Below, in pieces: positions 11,401-24,234 of a stretch of DNA of 64,000 bases. The stretch's first letter is position 1; every line of letters begins with the position of its first letter. This DNA comes from Octopus sinensis (taxonomy: Eukaryota). The DNA lies in assembly GCF_006345805.1 (NCBI RefSeq), contig NC_042997.1, forward strand, positions 212,536,001-212,600,000, written 5' to 3'. Made by a program: the position numbers and the translations under genes. A model generated the notes under the pieces. It did not search any database. It was not told the origin of the DNA and saw nothing but the letters and a program-made list of their open reading frames with translations.

Positions 11401-11819
11401 CTTTGAAAATCAAAAACAACTCCTTTGAAACCTCCTCCAGCTTCTATATCCAGGTTATATATTCATATTTACACCAATAATAACTGGTGCATTTGGTTTT
11501 GGGATTAAGTGCCTAAGTGACAATCTGGTTAAGCTGTGTTTCCCAGAAAAAGAAATCAACCAGCCAAGACACACATTACAAATGAGACCTTTTAGTGGCA
11601 CAGTAAAAATATGTAAGACTTTTGTCAAGCTTGAAATGTGATATTGTTTTGTAATCTAAATTCCCACAACAGAATTCTAAAAGAGATCGTCTATACCAAC
11701 CTTATTTAGCAATTCTTTTAAATAGACGTAAAAGACCAAGGGTTAAAATGATTTTGTCTGAGTCTCAATAAAGCATTAACTCATCACTTACCTTTGTCAG
11801 ACCTTCCTTATTGTTATTG

Positions 11820-12252
11820 ATTGAGAAAGCAGCACACCCCATCAAAGTGATGTAGGGATACAAATGTATGAAGCCCAATTGTGACTACTCAGCTGATAAG
11901 GGTACACCAGGCACATGCATCACAACCATATGAGCATGATATGGTGATCTCATATCAAGATAAACAGTGCATGGCCTGTCAGATGGGCCCAGTTAGAATT
12001 TTTCGTCAGGTTGAGTAGCCCATCCTACTCAAAAGTTCCCTGAATAAGGGTTGCTTAAGGATGTTGAATGAAACTCCCACTTTTCCAGAGGTGAATTATT
12101 CAAGAACCCCAAAGAATCCCTCTCAACACATAACTATGATGCACCCCAACTATTTCTGCTCATAATCAGAGATGCACATATCATCAACCACTAAAGGACA
12201 TTCTCAACTGGTTAAGGTCAAACAACTGACAAGCAAATCTGTGGTATTGAGA
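11820..12252. repeat. interspersed repeat family E (partial copy)
   Basis: Collinear with 41040-41480. Confidence 0.75.
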
Positions 12253-12314
12253 AAGTCAAGGAGGAAGGGGGAAAGATAGATAGAAACTTCTTAAGTATGA
12301 AATAGCCCAGCTAT

Positions 12315-12592
12315 GGAAAATAAAGGCGGGAAGATAGTGCCAGTTATTGTTGATTCTTTGGGAACAGTATCAGAAGGCATCAAGTGGAATATTAAGGAAA
12401 TTGGAAAAGGGTACTCAATAGAACTGTTACAAAAGGTTTGCCTCCTTGGCACAGCCAGAATAATCAGGAAAGAATTAGAGAGCTGAAAAGAATGGATAGC
12501 ATGGTACTGTAGGCTGCAGGTAGTAAGCCTGCTCTGCATGCAAGACTCCGGGAGCTTCAACAAAACCTGTGGTAAAGAGATTATAATAATAA
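12315..12592 (+). mobile_element. Dong/R4-type LINE 3' end
   Basis: IVPVIVDSLGTV...IELLQKVCLLGTARIIRKEL* followed by an (ATA)n tail. Confidence 0.7.
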
Positions 12593-12957
12593 GCCAGTCA
12601 ATCATAATGGAGATGCAGTATGGTTAAAGAAAGTAAGGGAAGAAGTGGTCAGTGAGAAGCAGTCAGATCTAAGACTAAGTAGAGCATCAATGAGTAAAAC
12701 AAAAATAGCTGAGCCCTGAGATATACATTTCAGCCCCTTCTGAATAACCAATTGGCTGGACAGTGGTCTACAAACTGTCAAAGTACAAAGATCTTGAAAG
12801 GGGACACAAGCAGGACATAAGACAGAACCAGTAAAGTTGGAGGATTAGAGACAATAGCATGAATCATCACCATCATCATCATTTAGTGTCCATTGTCCAA
12901 GCTGGCAGGGGTTGGACAGTTTGACCAGGGCTGACAAGCTGGAAGGCTGCACCACAC

Positions 12958-13189
12958 CTATTTCTTTACTACCCACAAGGGACCAAACACAGAGGGGACA
13001 AACAAGGACAGACAAATGGATTAAGTCGATTACATCGACCCCAGTGCGTAACTGGTACTTAATTTATCGACCCCAAGAAGGATGAAAGGCAAAGTCGACC
13101 TCGGCGGAATTTGAACTCAGAACATAACGGCAGACGAAATACGGCTACGCATTTCACTCGGCGTGCTAACGTTTCTGCCAGCTCGCCGC
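12958..13189 (-). mobile_element. SINE family B inserted into a family D copy, 19-bp TSD
   Basis: TGGAAGGCTGCACCACACC present on both sides. Confidence 0.88.
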
Positions 13190-13434
13190 CCTATGGAAGG
13201 CTGCACCACACCCCAATCTGATTTGGCATGGTTTCTATGGCTGGATGCCCTTCCTAACACCAACCATTCTGAGAATGTAATGGGTGCTTTAACGTGCTAC
13301 CAGCACAGGTGCCATTTGTGTGACATCGATATCTGCCATAACTGCAATATAACTTGGCTTGATGGGTCTTCTGCTCAAAATAGGTCTTCTTGATAGAGAA
13401 TATAAACCCATATCAGAAACTTCCAACTTTATAC

Positions 13435-13760
13435 ATCATCATCATCATCATTTAGCGTCCGCTTTCCATGCTAGCATGGGTTGGACGGTTCAACTGGGGT
13501 CTGTGAAGCCAGAAGGCTGCATCAGGCCCAGTCTGATCTGGCAGTGTTTCTATGGCTGGATGCCTTTCCTAGCGCCAACCACTCCAAGAGTGTAGTGGGT
13601 GCTTTTTACGTGCCACCCGCACAGGAGCCAGACGGAGCTGGCAAACGGCCACGAACGGATGGTGCTTTTACATGCCACCGGCACGGGGGCCAGACGGGGT
13701 GGTGCTGACAACGGCCACGAACGGATGGTGCTTTTTACGTGCCACTGGCACGGAGGCCAG
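13435..13760 (-). mobile_element. family D (RTE 3'UTR) copy
   Basis: Consensus match. Confidence 0.8.
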
Positions 13761-13914
13761 GTGATTATTCAGTTTAAAAATTAACCCTGTTAGACCCAAC
13801 AGAAAGCACTCTCAATTGAAGAGCCCAACTCAAACAGGGAAATGTTTGCAAACAGTGCATAGCTTGCACAAGCAGCAGTTGATAACATGATAAAAACTCA
13901 TTTGACTCATTCTA

Positions 13915-14297
13915 CATCGTCATCATTGTTCGACCGAAGTCGAGACAATGGAATTTACTATGTTATACCAGACTTCACGGTCCATCATAGCATTACAGAG
14001 GTCCTGTCACTGGATGCCTGTATCCCTGGAGATTACATCAGGGTAGGAGAGTGTGTGCCCTCTGGTATCGCGAGCAGATGGCTTCCAGAGGAGAAGAGTA
14101 GAAATTACCTTATTTTCAGCTCTACAACAATGTCCAGCAAACTGGACTCTCCTACCTTTCACAAGAGATGATACAGGTGGTAGTTTCCCATATATTTGTA
14201 CCTTGGTTGGATGACGCTTCCACAAGAGATTTTGAGCTCTCATAAGGAGGCGAGTGTAAGTTCCATCCAACAGCCTCTCAAGCTTCTTTGATAACGA
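13915..14297 (-). mobile_element. RTE/RTE-X-like LINE 3' fragment (family F)
   Basis: DGTYTRLLMRAQNL...RRVQFAGHC.RAE...LLLWKP; (TGA)n tail; sister copies at 27177 and 44968. Confidence 0.8.
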
Positions 14298-14558
14298 TTG
14301 TCCAATTCTAAACTATATAAGCCTAATCATACAATAAAATATCACAATGCATGAACACCACACAACAAACTACACACCTCACATTACACAAACGCTACAC
14401 GACAGAGGAAACATTGAATATAGCAGAAACTGGTTTAGTGAGCAAACACGATTCTGCATTGTTAACAGACAAGGTTGTACATACCTCAGGTACATAAAAG
14501 GTGAAGCTAAGAACGTCAAAGAAAAAATACTGGCAAAAAAAACTATTGACAACATGCT

Positions 14559-14720
14559 GAAGAAGAAGAAGAAGAAAGAAGAAGAAGAAGAAGAAGAAGA
14601 AGAAGAAGAAGAAGACAAGAAGAAGAAGAAGAAGAAGAAGAAGAAGAAGACAAAGAAGAAGAAGAAGAAGAAGAAGACAAGAAAAAGAAGGGGAAGAAGA
14701 AGAAGAAGAAGAAGGAAGAA

Positions 14721-14754
<34 letters not shown>

Positions 14755-15210
14755 GAGAAGAAGAAGAAGAAGAAGAAGGAGAAGAAGAATTGGAAGGAGA
14801 AGAAGAAGAAGGAGAAGAAGAAAAAGAAGAAGGAGAAGAAGAAGAAGGAGAAGAAGAAGACAAAGAAGAAGACGAAGAAGGAGAAACAAAGAAGAGAAGA
14901 AGAAGAGGAGGAGGAAGAAGAAGAAGAAAGAGAAGCAGAAGGAGAAGAAGAAGAAAGAGAAGCAGAAGGAGAAGAAAGAAGAAGAAGAAGACAAGAGAAG
15001 AAGAAAAGAAGAAGAAGACAAAGAAGAAGAAGAAGAAGAAGAGGAGAAGAAGAAGAAGAGGAGGAGAAGAAGAAGAAAAAGAAGAGAAGAAGAAGAGAAG
15101 AAGAAGAAGGAAGAAGAAGAAGAAAGAAGAAGAAGAAGAAGAAGAAGAAGAAGAGAAGAAAAGAAGAAGAAGAAGAAGAAGAAGAAGAAGAAGAAGAAGA
15201 AAAGAAGGAG
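14559..15210. repeat. ~650-bp (GAA)n-based polypurine tract
   Basis: Almost pure A/G on the + strand; source of the K/E/R- and F/S/L-rich pseudo-ORFs. Confidence 0.95.
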
Positions 15211-15532
15211 AGCACATCAACAGCAATGACTAGAAGAAGTAGAAAATGTTGAAAAAAAAGCCATCCATGATTAAGGATTGAAAGAAATGAAGAGTGGGGT
15301 GGGGTGGGGTGTAAGGAAAGGAGATAAAATCATGCACAATGACAGTGCATTGTTGTTTTAGCTCCACCCACTCCTCTGCACACACCAGAAAAGAGAGAAG
15401 AGAAGAGGAGAAAGATGAAGTGAACGTCTCCAATCACGATGACATTTCCTAAACCATGGAGATTGCTGATAGTAAGGAGAGACGTACTTGTGTCTCTGTC
15501 ACACTAAAGTGGCGGAGAAGATGGAAGTATGT

Positions 15533-15759
15533 TATGATGATGATGGCAATGATGATGATGATGGAAATGATAGCGGTGGTGGTGGTGGTTTTGGAGGTGG
15601 TTGTTGATGTCGTCATCATTGTCATTTCCATTGTCATGGTGAATATGATGAAGATATTGATGAGGATAACAATGATGATGATGATGATGATGATGATGAC
15701 AGTAACTATGTCTATGATGATGATTATAACGATGACAGTGGTGGTAGTAGGGGGGAGGA

Positions 15760-15795
<36 letters not shown>

Positions 15796-15800
15796 GGTGG
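15533..15800. repeat. (GAT)n-rich degenerate microsatellite
   Basis: Seen directly. Confidence 0.85.
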
Positions 15801-16204
15801 TGGCAGTAGTCATGGACAACACAATTGATAGTGAAAGGCCTCAATATTTTAGATGTGCAACTGTTAAGATGAATTTCATCTTTTAATCTCCTTTTTAGAA
15901 ACCAAACACTTTTTTCCTTTTCTAATATTTCCGTCTACACCACATTATAATCAGTTTGATATGGAGTCAACAACAAATGTCATATTCCTGGATATATACA
16001 TAGTGCTGGACTGGATTCATATCTATGCTGGATTAACAGGCAAAACAATAATATTCTTATGAAAAACAACCCTTCTCAGATATTTAAGAACTGTTGCTAC
16101 AGAGCCTGAACTTGGAGGCTTTGTAAGAAAGATGACAAAACCATCAAAATACCAGACATTCATCTGGTAATATCCAAAGAACTTTAAAAATTTGTCGACG
16201 AATA

Positions 16205-16622
16205 GGCGCAGGAGTGGCTGTGTGGTAAGTAGCTTGCTAACCAACCACATGGTTCCGGGTTCAGTCCCACTGCGTGGCATCTTGGGCAAGTGTCTTCTGC
16301 TATAGCCTTGGGCCGACCAATGCCTTGTGAGTGGATTTGGTAGACGGAAACTGAAAGAAGCCTGTCGTATATATGTATATATATATATGTATGTGTGTGT
16401 ATATGTTTGTGTGTCTGTGTTTGTCCCCCTAGCATTGCTTGACAACTAATGCTGGTGTGTTTATGTCCCCGTCACTTAGCGGTTCGGCAAAAGAGACCGA
16501 TAGAATAAGTACTGGGCTTACAAAGAATAAGTCCCGGGGTCGATTTGCTCGACTAAAGGTGGTGCTCCAGCATGGCCACAGTCAAATGACTGAAACAAGT
16601 AAAAGAGTAAAGAGTAAAGAGA
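16205..16622 (+). mobile_element. full-length SINE family A
   Basis: GGCGCAGGAGTGGCTGTGTGGTAAG...GGTTCAGTCCC; tail GACTGAAACAAGT(AAAGAGT)n. Confidence 0.9.
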
Positions 16623-16769
16623 ATGGAAAGTTGAGAAGTGAAAAGTGAAGAAAGAGAGTGAAACAAATGATTCCAGGACAAAAGAAATCAGGGAATTCAT
16701 CAGCCCTAAATCAGGAAAATCTACAGAAGAAATACATTTGAATGTATTTAATAGAGTTTGGTATTGTGT

Positions 16770-17275
16770 TCATCATCATCATCATCATCATCGTTTAACG
16801 TCCGCTTTCCATGCTAGCATGGTTTGGACGATTTTGACTGAGGTCTGGCGAACCAGATGGCTGCACCAGGCTCCAATCTTGATCAGGCAGAGTTTCTACA
16901 GCTGGATGCCCTTCCTAATGCCAACCACTCTGAGAGTGTAGTGGGTGCTTTTTACGTGTCACTGGCACGGGGCCAGTCAGGCGGTACTGGCAATGACCTC
17001 ACTCAAATCTTTTTACACATGCTACCGGCACAGGTGCTAGTAAAGTGATGTTGGTAATGATCACGCTTGAATGGTGACCTTTTACGTGCCACCGGCACGG
17101 AAGCCAGTTGGCTGCTCTGGCAACGATCACGCTCGGATTGTGCTCTTGGCACCCTACTAGCATGGGCACAAGTGCCAGTAAGGTGACGCTGGTAACGATC
17201 ACACTCGAATGGTGCCTTTTATGTGCCACTGGGATGGAAGCCGGTTAGCCGCTCTGTCTACAATCACCCTCGTAT
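16770..17275 (-). mobile_element. family D copy (long internal-repeat variant)
   Basis: Consensus tail plus repeated GTGCCACCGGCAC/AACGATCAC units. Confidence 0.8.
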
Positions 17276-17616
17276 GGTTTATTCCTCGCCAGGAATAAAC
17301 ACCTGATGATGATCAAAGAATAAACTAGCTCAAGACCCACAGTGGTGAACTAGCAGAATCATCATCAGTAGACCAGGTAAAATGCTTAGCAGCATTTCAT
17401 GTGATAACATTCTGAGCTCAAATGCTGCTGGGATCGACTTTGCTTTTCATCAATAAAATAAGAATCAGTTGAGGACAGTGGTTGATGTAATGGACTTTGA
17501 AATTACTGGCCACATGCTAAAGAAATTTGAAACTGTGAGAATACGACCGTATGTGAGGAGTTTGGTGATATGTTTCTCCTCTTGTACAGCGCGCGGCTGC
17601 ATCCCAACATAACATA

Positions 17617-18123
17617 TCTATATATATAAAACTCTAGTTGTGTGAGTGTCTGTCCCCTTCGATTTAGATTCCTAACTCCTCCCACATTTTGCGGTGCAGT
17701 TTAACCAAATTCGGGTATCTTATAGTCGTGATTCATATCGAGCCTGTCTGGGTATTAGCGCACGTCAACAATGAGTCTACGATTTTAAAAATAATTTAAC
17801 ATGATTTTTTATTCCATTTTAATGCATAATTTTTCGTGTGTCGATGGCGGCGGAGTTGGCGTCCATGCTCACAGCTGCACCTGTTTGCTTCTCCCCCTTC
17901 CCTCCCTCGTGAAGCTGTGGGGAAGGGAGTGTAAAGAAATCAACGTCGTAATGCGTTGTCAAGGAGACCAGCGTTCTTTTAGAACGACTTCATGGCTTGA
18001 AGACACCAAAACAGAAATGGCTAAGAAAGCCTGAATTGGCATCTATAAGGGAAGTAACTCTCTAAAAATGCTTATATAGTTATTTCCCTTACAAACCCGA
18101 GCAACGCCGGGCGATACTGCTAG
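17617..18123 (+). mobile_element. non-autonomous Helitron-like element
   Basis: A|TC 5' end, subterminal hairpin CCCGAGCAACGCCGGG (18096-18111), CTAG|T 3' end, no TSD; second copy at 25532-25931. Confidence 0.82.
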
Positions 18124-18124
18124 T

Positions 18125-19045
18125 TGTTATATAAGCCATAATACATGTTTTTATGCAGTGTCAAAGTAAATGAATAAAGGACGCCAAAAACCGTTCTACT
18201 TTTAGAAAGAGAAGATAGATTTTATTCACAGTGTACAAAGTGATTTGCGATTATTAGTGTAGTGTTGTGTCATGAATGCATGCTTATAATATTTGTGTCT
18301 GTGTGTTCGTGTGTGCGACAGAAGTACAGAATAAGGTGCATGCGAATACAACAGAGCATAAGAGAAGTCTCAACAATTTGAGTTAAAATGGAGTTATATT
18401 AGAGTTATTTTACCAGTTCATGTAGTACACGATAATGAGTTCTATAACAAGATTTGAGTCTCGGAGCTGAGATTAGTTGAGTCACTTGTGCATATTTTTC
18501 TCTTGATATAGATATTCTTTCAGATATATATACTGCAACTGGTTTTCCGTGGTGAGATTTTCACCTAACAGCATGAGTTGAATCTGTATTTATCTTGTTG
18601 TGTACAAGTTGAAATCTTTGTAGATAGAGACGATGTTGTGATGACGTTCTGTCTGTCCCCTGGTTTACAATAGCGTCTTCACATTATGTTTGGCTTGGCT
18701 GTCGTCTGCCTTTTGAACTGGAACATGGTTGAGTAAGCTCTGTGTGGTCTCCGACCAAGACCTTAAAAGGTCTTAAGCCGAAAGACAGTGAATCATCAAA
18801 TAATCAGTCTATTTATGGAGTTAAGATGGCTCAAATGAAAGGTCCTATCCGAAAGCTGTGATTGGTCAGTTTACACACAGGTACGAAATAAGTAGAGAGA
18901 CAGACCGCGCTTAGATGCTAACCAATCAGATCAGTGGACACAACAAGGTTAAACTAGCCAAAGATGTTTGTAATCTCAAACGAGATCATTCCTAATGTTT
19001 TTCTCAAACAGTGAAGACAGCAATGAAGATAGCAATATTGCTACA
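18125..19045 (-). mobile_element. possible solo LTR
   Basis: TG...CA termini, CCAAT, TATA-like CATAAATA and AATAAA in order on the minus strand; no clean TSD. Confidence 0.3.
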
Positions 19046-19436
19046 AAACCAAAACATAACATGGATGTAATTAAAAGAAAATAGGTTCCAGAAGGCCTGA
19101 AATTTTGGTGGGAGGAAGTTAATCAACTGCATTAAGCCCAGGGCTCAACTCTTAATTATTTCATTGACACGAAAAGAATGAAAGGCAAAGTCAACCTCAG
19201 CTGAATTTGAACTTGGAACCTAAAAATGGACGGTGTCCAAGGATATTGGATAAAGAAACTGAGAAGGCTCCATGAAAGGATAGCAGAACAGCTGGATGGA
19301 TACTGGAAGGAAGGCATAGTTCCCTATCAAGTGTTAAACAGGGAACTCTTATCACTGAATATTTTTGAGGGTAGTTTGACTGTTTCCTGGAAACAAATTT
19401 CATTAGTCTTTTTGGGGTTGAATGAAATTACAATAT

Positions 19437-20633
19437 TTATTGTAATTGTTCATCTGGCGCTAATTTACGTAATAATAGTCTTAGTTTTTCATTGTCCGTC
19501 CACGACTTGCAATCTTCCCTGAAGATTTCTTCATACCTTCTAAAATATGCTGCAAATGTTACACCTTCCTCTGAGCCATAACTGAATCCTGTTATAGAGT
19601 TCGCTATGCCATCTGGCAAAAATGAACTTAGAGTGTTTTCAGTCTTCTTAAGACATAACTCCATTAATTGTTGTTGCCTTTCTTGTTGCTGAAGTAGTTT
19701 CTGCAACTCTTGTTGCTGTTTTTGCAATTGTTTTAGAGAAGCTAATAGGTCTTCCATCATTAACAACTTTGTATCATGAAAATTTGTTAACTGACCTGCG
19801 TGAGCTTCGAATCCTCATCACCAATTATTGTAACGTAGTTACTCGTCACCAATTATTGTCGTATCACTACAATTAACGATGATACTTTTTCCCCCACTAT
19901 GATGTGCCGGTGGCACGTAAAAAAACTATCCGAACGTGGCCATTGCCAGCACCGCCTCGACTGGCCTCCGTGCCAGTGGCACATAGAAAGCACCAACCGA
20001 TCGTGGCCGTTGCCAGCCTCGCCTGACACCTGTGCCAGTGACACGTAAAAAGCACCCACTACATTCACGGAGTGGTTGGCATTAGGAAGGGCATCCAGCT
20101 GTAGAAACACTGCCAGATCAGACTGGAGCCTGGTGCAGCCTCCTGGCTTCCCAGACCCCGGTCGAACCGTCCAACCCATGCTAGCATGGAAAGCAGACGT
20201 TAAACGATGATGATGATGATGTTTGAGTAGCAACAATTAAACATTTAATGAAGTAACAACAATTAACAATCCAACAAACTCTCCATGAACCGGGCACAAA
20301 CAAACAAATGATATTCCAAGAAACTATCCACAAGAAAACCTCACAACTTCCTACCATTAATGCCTACCCTGTCTCTCATTCAGACCGCTACTATTTATAG
20401 TTGTTTGGTCAAGTCTATTCTTGCAACCCTATCTATTAATCTTATATGTATATATGTGCCTATGTATGATTGTATGCATGTCGGTAGGTAGGTAGACAGA
20501 TCCGTTTTATGGATTTTTCATTTCCATGTGGTGTTTGGAGTAAACAATATCTTTTGCTGTTGAGTTGCCAGGGTTAATTCTGTAATTAGACAACAACACT
20601 ACAATGTTGTTATATTGTAACGTAATAGCAACA
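19437..20633 (-). mobile_element. Ty3/Gypsy remnant: LTR + PBS + gag N-terminus
   Basis: FSYGSEEGVTFAAYFRRYEEIFREDC..WTDNEKLRLLLRKL gag-like motif; PBS-like TGGTGATGAGGATT (19810-19823); LTR with CTATAAATAG; family D insertion at 19903-20220. Confidence 0.7.
19903..20220 (+). mobile_element. family D copy inside the LTR
   Basis: Near-consensus sequence, (GAT)n tail. Confidence 0.85.
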
Positions 20634-21208
20634 AAATGAATCAATGTGTTTCATTACTGCGTAATGTATAGAGGCTTAGTCTTAGATAAACTTCAGTGAG
20701 ACTGACTTGCTCATGATGTACTCCATAGAAACAAGGTGTTAACAATCCAAATAGTGACAGGGTTACCTTTCACCACTCTTCCTCAAGTCACACTTGGCTG
20801 AATTTAAAGAATGTCTACATACCAACCTATATATTTGTGTTAATATCTCAAAGGGTAGCCGTGCATTTTGTCCTTGACATGTCTTCACCAACTTAGCTGT
20901 AAATTTCAATGACCCCATTTGCGTACCTGTTTACAGGTACGCAAATCCCTCGAGTCCTTGCCAGGCTTTATCAAGTGGGATGATGATAAACAGTGTTCCA
21001 ATGGTAAACAACCTGAATTTTAACATCTCATGCAGTCGAAATTCTTCACCTTAAATTAACTTTGCTGTGGTGGCATTTTCTATGATCCCTGCTGCTGGGA
21101 AATGTACTTCAGTGACTCATGTAAGACTGGCAGCAGCCAGGTGAAAGATGCTTTCACACACACACACTGTAATGGCCAACAGGCTCACCTGTCATGTACG
21201 GATTCATT

Positions 21209-21588
21209 GTGGAGGCGCAATGGCCCAGTGGTTAGGGCATTGGACTCGCGGTCGTAGGATCGCGGTTTCAATTCCCAGACCGGGCGTTGTGAGTGTTTAT
21301 TGAGCGAAAACACCTAAAGCTCCACGAGGCTCCGGCAGGGGATGGTGGTGATCCCTGCTGTACTCTTTCACCACAACTTTCTCTCACTCTTACTTCCTGT
21401 TTCTGTTGTACCTGTATTTGAAAGGGCCGGCCTTGTCACTCTCTGTGTCATGCTGAATATCCCCGAGAACTACGTTAAGGGTACACGTGTCTGTGGAGTG
21501 CTCAGCCACTTACACGTTAATTTCATGAGCAGGCTGTTCTGTTGATCGGATCAACCGGAACCCTCGTCGTCGTAACTGACGGAGTGCT
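21209..21588 (+). mobile_element. tRNA-derived SINE family C
   Basis: TGGCCCAGTGGTTAGGG A box, GGTTTCAATTCCC B box. Confidence 0.8.
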
Positions 21589-21679
21589 TCCTCCTCCATT
21601 GTCTACCCTACATTCCTTAGTCATGATAATTCTGGAAACAGCATCCACACAAAGGAAGCTTTTATGCCTGCATCAGACC

Positions 21680-22575
21680 TCACAATCTCATCGCAACACA
21701 CTTCTTTATATGACTGTCCTCCTCCTTACACATCACATTAGTCCCACCAGTGCAGTTGTCTCTCCTGCTCGCAACATGTGATGCCATCTGATGCCCAGTT
21801 ATCCTGTCAACACAGTTACACTTTGACACTGATATTGCACACCAACAGAGCATGCACGTTTCATTTCTTTCCAGTCTTTGCCTATCCTCTGTATTCACAA
21901 CATGTTTCACTTTCATGCAACAACTGATTTCTTGCTACCAGGGCCTTGGTCTTTGCTAAGATCTTTTGATTCCAATTTCTGTTTCCACACCTGAGCACCA
22001 CTAGAATTTCCACACCTAGAATTTCTTTTCTAATTCTGTTACAGATTCTGGTATGAGTGCAAGACTATCAGCATATAGTAGCTCCCATGGGCTCCCAACC
22101 TTAAATTCCTGTTATGGTCTGGAGGACAATGATGAATAGGAGGGGTCTGAGAACTGACCATTGGTGGACACCTACCTGTACATTAAATTCATCACTGTAT
22201 TTATGGCCAACTCTTACCTTGCTAAAAGTACCCCTGTACATGGTTTGTAGTGCTTTCACAAGCCATTTCATCCATCCCTAGCTTCCTCACAGACCACCAT
22301 ATCACAGTGTGAGGTATTCTGTTGGAGGCTTTCTCAAGACCAACAAATGCCAAGAACAACAGCTTGATCTTAGCTAAATACTTCTCTTGCAGTTGCTTGA
22401 CTGTGAAAATAGCCTCAGTGGTGCTTCTTCCTGGGACAAAGCCAAACTGCATTTGTCTAACCTAATTCTGTTCCTAATTAATTGGGCTATAACTCTTACT
22501 GTGATTTTCATCAACTGATCCAGAAGTTTGATGCCTCTATAATTGCTTCTAAGGCATCTACTTTATCCTTATAGC
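21680..22575 (-). mobile_element. RTE-clade LINE RT remnant
   Basis: MQFGFVPGRSTTEAIF.VKQLQEKYLAK; WELLYADSLAL motif near 22070. Confidence 0.85.
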
Positions 22576-23290
22576 ACCTAACAATAAGGTAGTGGCGCCT
22601 GATGAACCAGGGACCTTCCCTGTGGTGGTAGGCCCTTCATTTGGGATGCTACATGCTGTAACGCCTTCTCTAACGGCAACTCGGTGTCATCAACTACCAG
22701 CCCAATCTTCACTGAGAAAAGCAAACTGCAAGGTATCAGTTGCTCTCTGAGAGGTTTATGGTTAAACTTGTGGCAGTGGAAACCTCTGGCATTCTTGGCC
22801 CCTGAGCCACATCTCTACTCACCGCTACTGGGGTGAAGAAGTGATCCAGCTCATTTCCCTGGCCATCTTCCAAAACAACAGCTTTTCCAATTTGTCTGTA
22901 GGGGCCATGGGAAATGTTTCTATATGGTGAGTGGATTTGGTAGACAAGAACTGAAAGAAGTGGAGTAATAAGAAATCTTCAGGAACCTGTTCATAGATCA
23001 TAAAATGCTTTAACAAATTGGCTAATAATAAAGGCCTGGAACTAATACCAGTCATGACAGCAGGTTGTAAACAAGTGTCACTGTTATACAAGTGGTGTCC
23101 AATGTTTTGTGAAAATATCTCTGTCCATGAGGAAACATCTTGCTTGGAAACATGTTAGTGGCAGAAAGGGCATCCACAGGAGAAAATTTCCTTAACATAT
23201 TCTGTCTGACTAATAGAATCGTGGAAACGTAGACATTAAACCCATGATGATGATGAAGATGGTGATGCTGGTGTGTGCTGGTGCGATTAA

Positions 23291-23499
23291 GGCGGCGAGC
23301 TGGCAGAACCGTTAGCACATCGGGTGAAATGCTTCGCGGTATTTCGTCTGCTGCTACGTTCTGAGTTCAAATTCCGCCGAAGTCGACTTTGCCTTTCATC
23401 CTTTCGGGGTCGATTAAATAAGTACCAGTTACGTACTGGGGTCGACATAATCGACTTGTCTGTCCTTGTTTAGCCCCTTGTGGGTAGTAAAGCAATAGG
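23291..23499 (+). mobile_element. SINE family B
   Basis: Consensus match. Confidence 0.85.
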
Positions 23500-23544
23500 A
23501 TGGTGATGCTGGTGACGCTGATAATGCTATTTTCATACAATTTA

Positions 23545-24234
23545 ATTCAGGCCAAACTAAATAATAGTTGGTGGATTCTTCCTTTTCGCCTTCGGCCCAG
23601 TGCGTCCACGCTGCCAACAAAGCATGCGGAGTTCTGTTTTTGATTTGACGGTCATTCGGAATGCTCACAGCAGCCATATTCCTACCGCTCTATGTCACGG
23701 TGGTGAGACCCATATTGGAGTACGGGATTCAAGCCTCTTCTCCTTATCTCCTCAAAGACATACAGCATCTCGAAAGAGTCCAGAAGCTGGCTACCCGCAT
23801 GGTTCTTGGTCTCAAGAATTTGTCTCATGAAGAAAGGCTGAAGACGCTCGACCTTAATTCTCTAGAAAAACGACGACGCCGTGGTGATTTCATTCTCGCC
23901 CACAACATCATAAGCAGAAAGTGTAACCTCTCGAAAGAGCTGTTCTTCACTCCTGCTCCAGAACGTCGGCTGCGGGGTCACTCCAAAAAGCTCTATCTGC
24001 GACGATTTCATCTAAATCGAAGGAGAGGGGCTTTCTCCGTCCGGGTTGCGGATCCGTGGAATAAGCTGCCAGATGAGATGGTGAAGATGCCGACGACCGC
24101 TCAGTTCAAAGTCTCCCTTGACCTCAAGTGGCCTGAACTCTTTACATGAACACCACCCTGTACTTAACTCCATGCCCCCCTACATGGCCTTGCTTTTTGC
24201 TTTTTGAGCCAAAAATTAACTTAACTTAACTTAA
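23545..24234 (+). mobile_element. CR1-clade LINE 3' end (RT thumb/C-terminus)
   Basis: LYVTVVRPILEY...LERVQKLATRMV.GLKNLSHEERL..L.L.SLEKRRRRGD...RLRGHSKKL...FSVRV..PWNKLP; (TTAAC)n tail. Confidence 0.92.

Larger units (their letters stand above)
9065..11640 (+). mobile_element. Dong/R4-clade LINE remnant fragmented by SINE and family D insertions
   Basis: ELSSYKTLSHNAFAVP...ILDW...GNFH..GDID; CPKMSS zinc-knuckle region; DIVV.DR...CIIIEVS.PAD restriction-like endonuclease region; homologous to the minus-strand copies at 26, 38 and 39 kb. Confidence 0.75.

Noticed and set aside
14347-15252. 301-aa K/E/R-rich ORF and overlapping F/S/L-rich ORFs
   Set aside because: Translation of the GAA tract, which lacks stop codons by composition
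16205-16280. tRNA-like sequences at SINE heads (also 21209 and 52531)
   Set aside because: A/B boxes only, attached to SINE bodies; no complete cloverleaf
23661-24149. 162-aa ORF as a host gene (likewise 27147-27656 and 33685-34251)
   Set aside because: 5'-truncated LINE reverse-transcriptase C-termini with LINE tails
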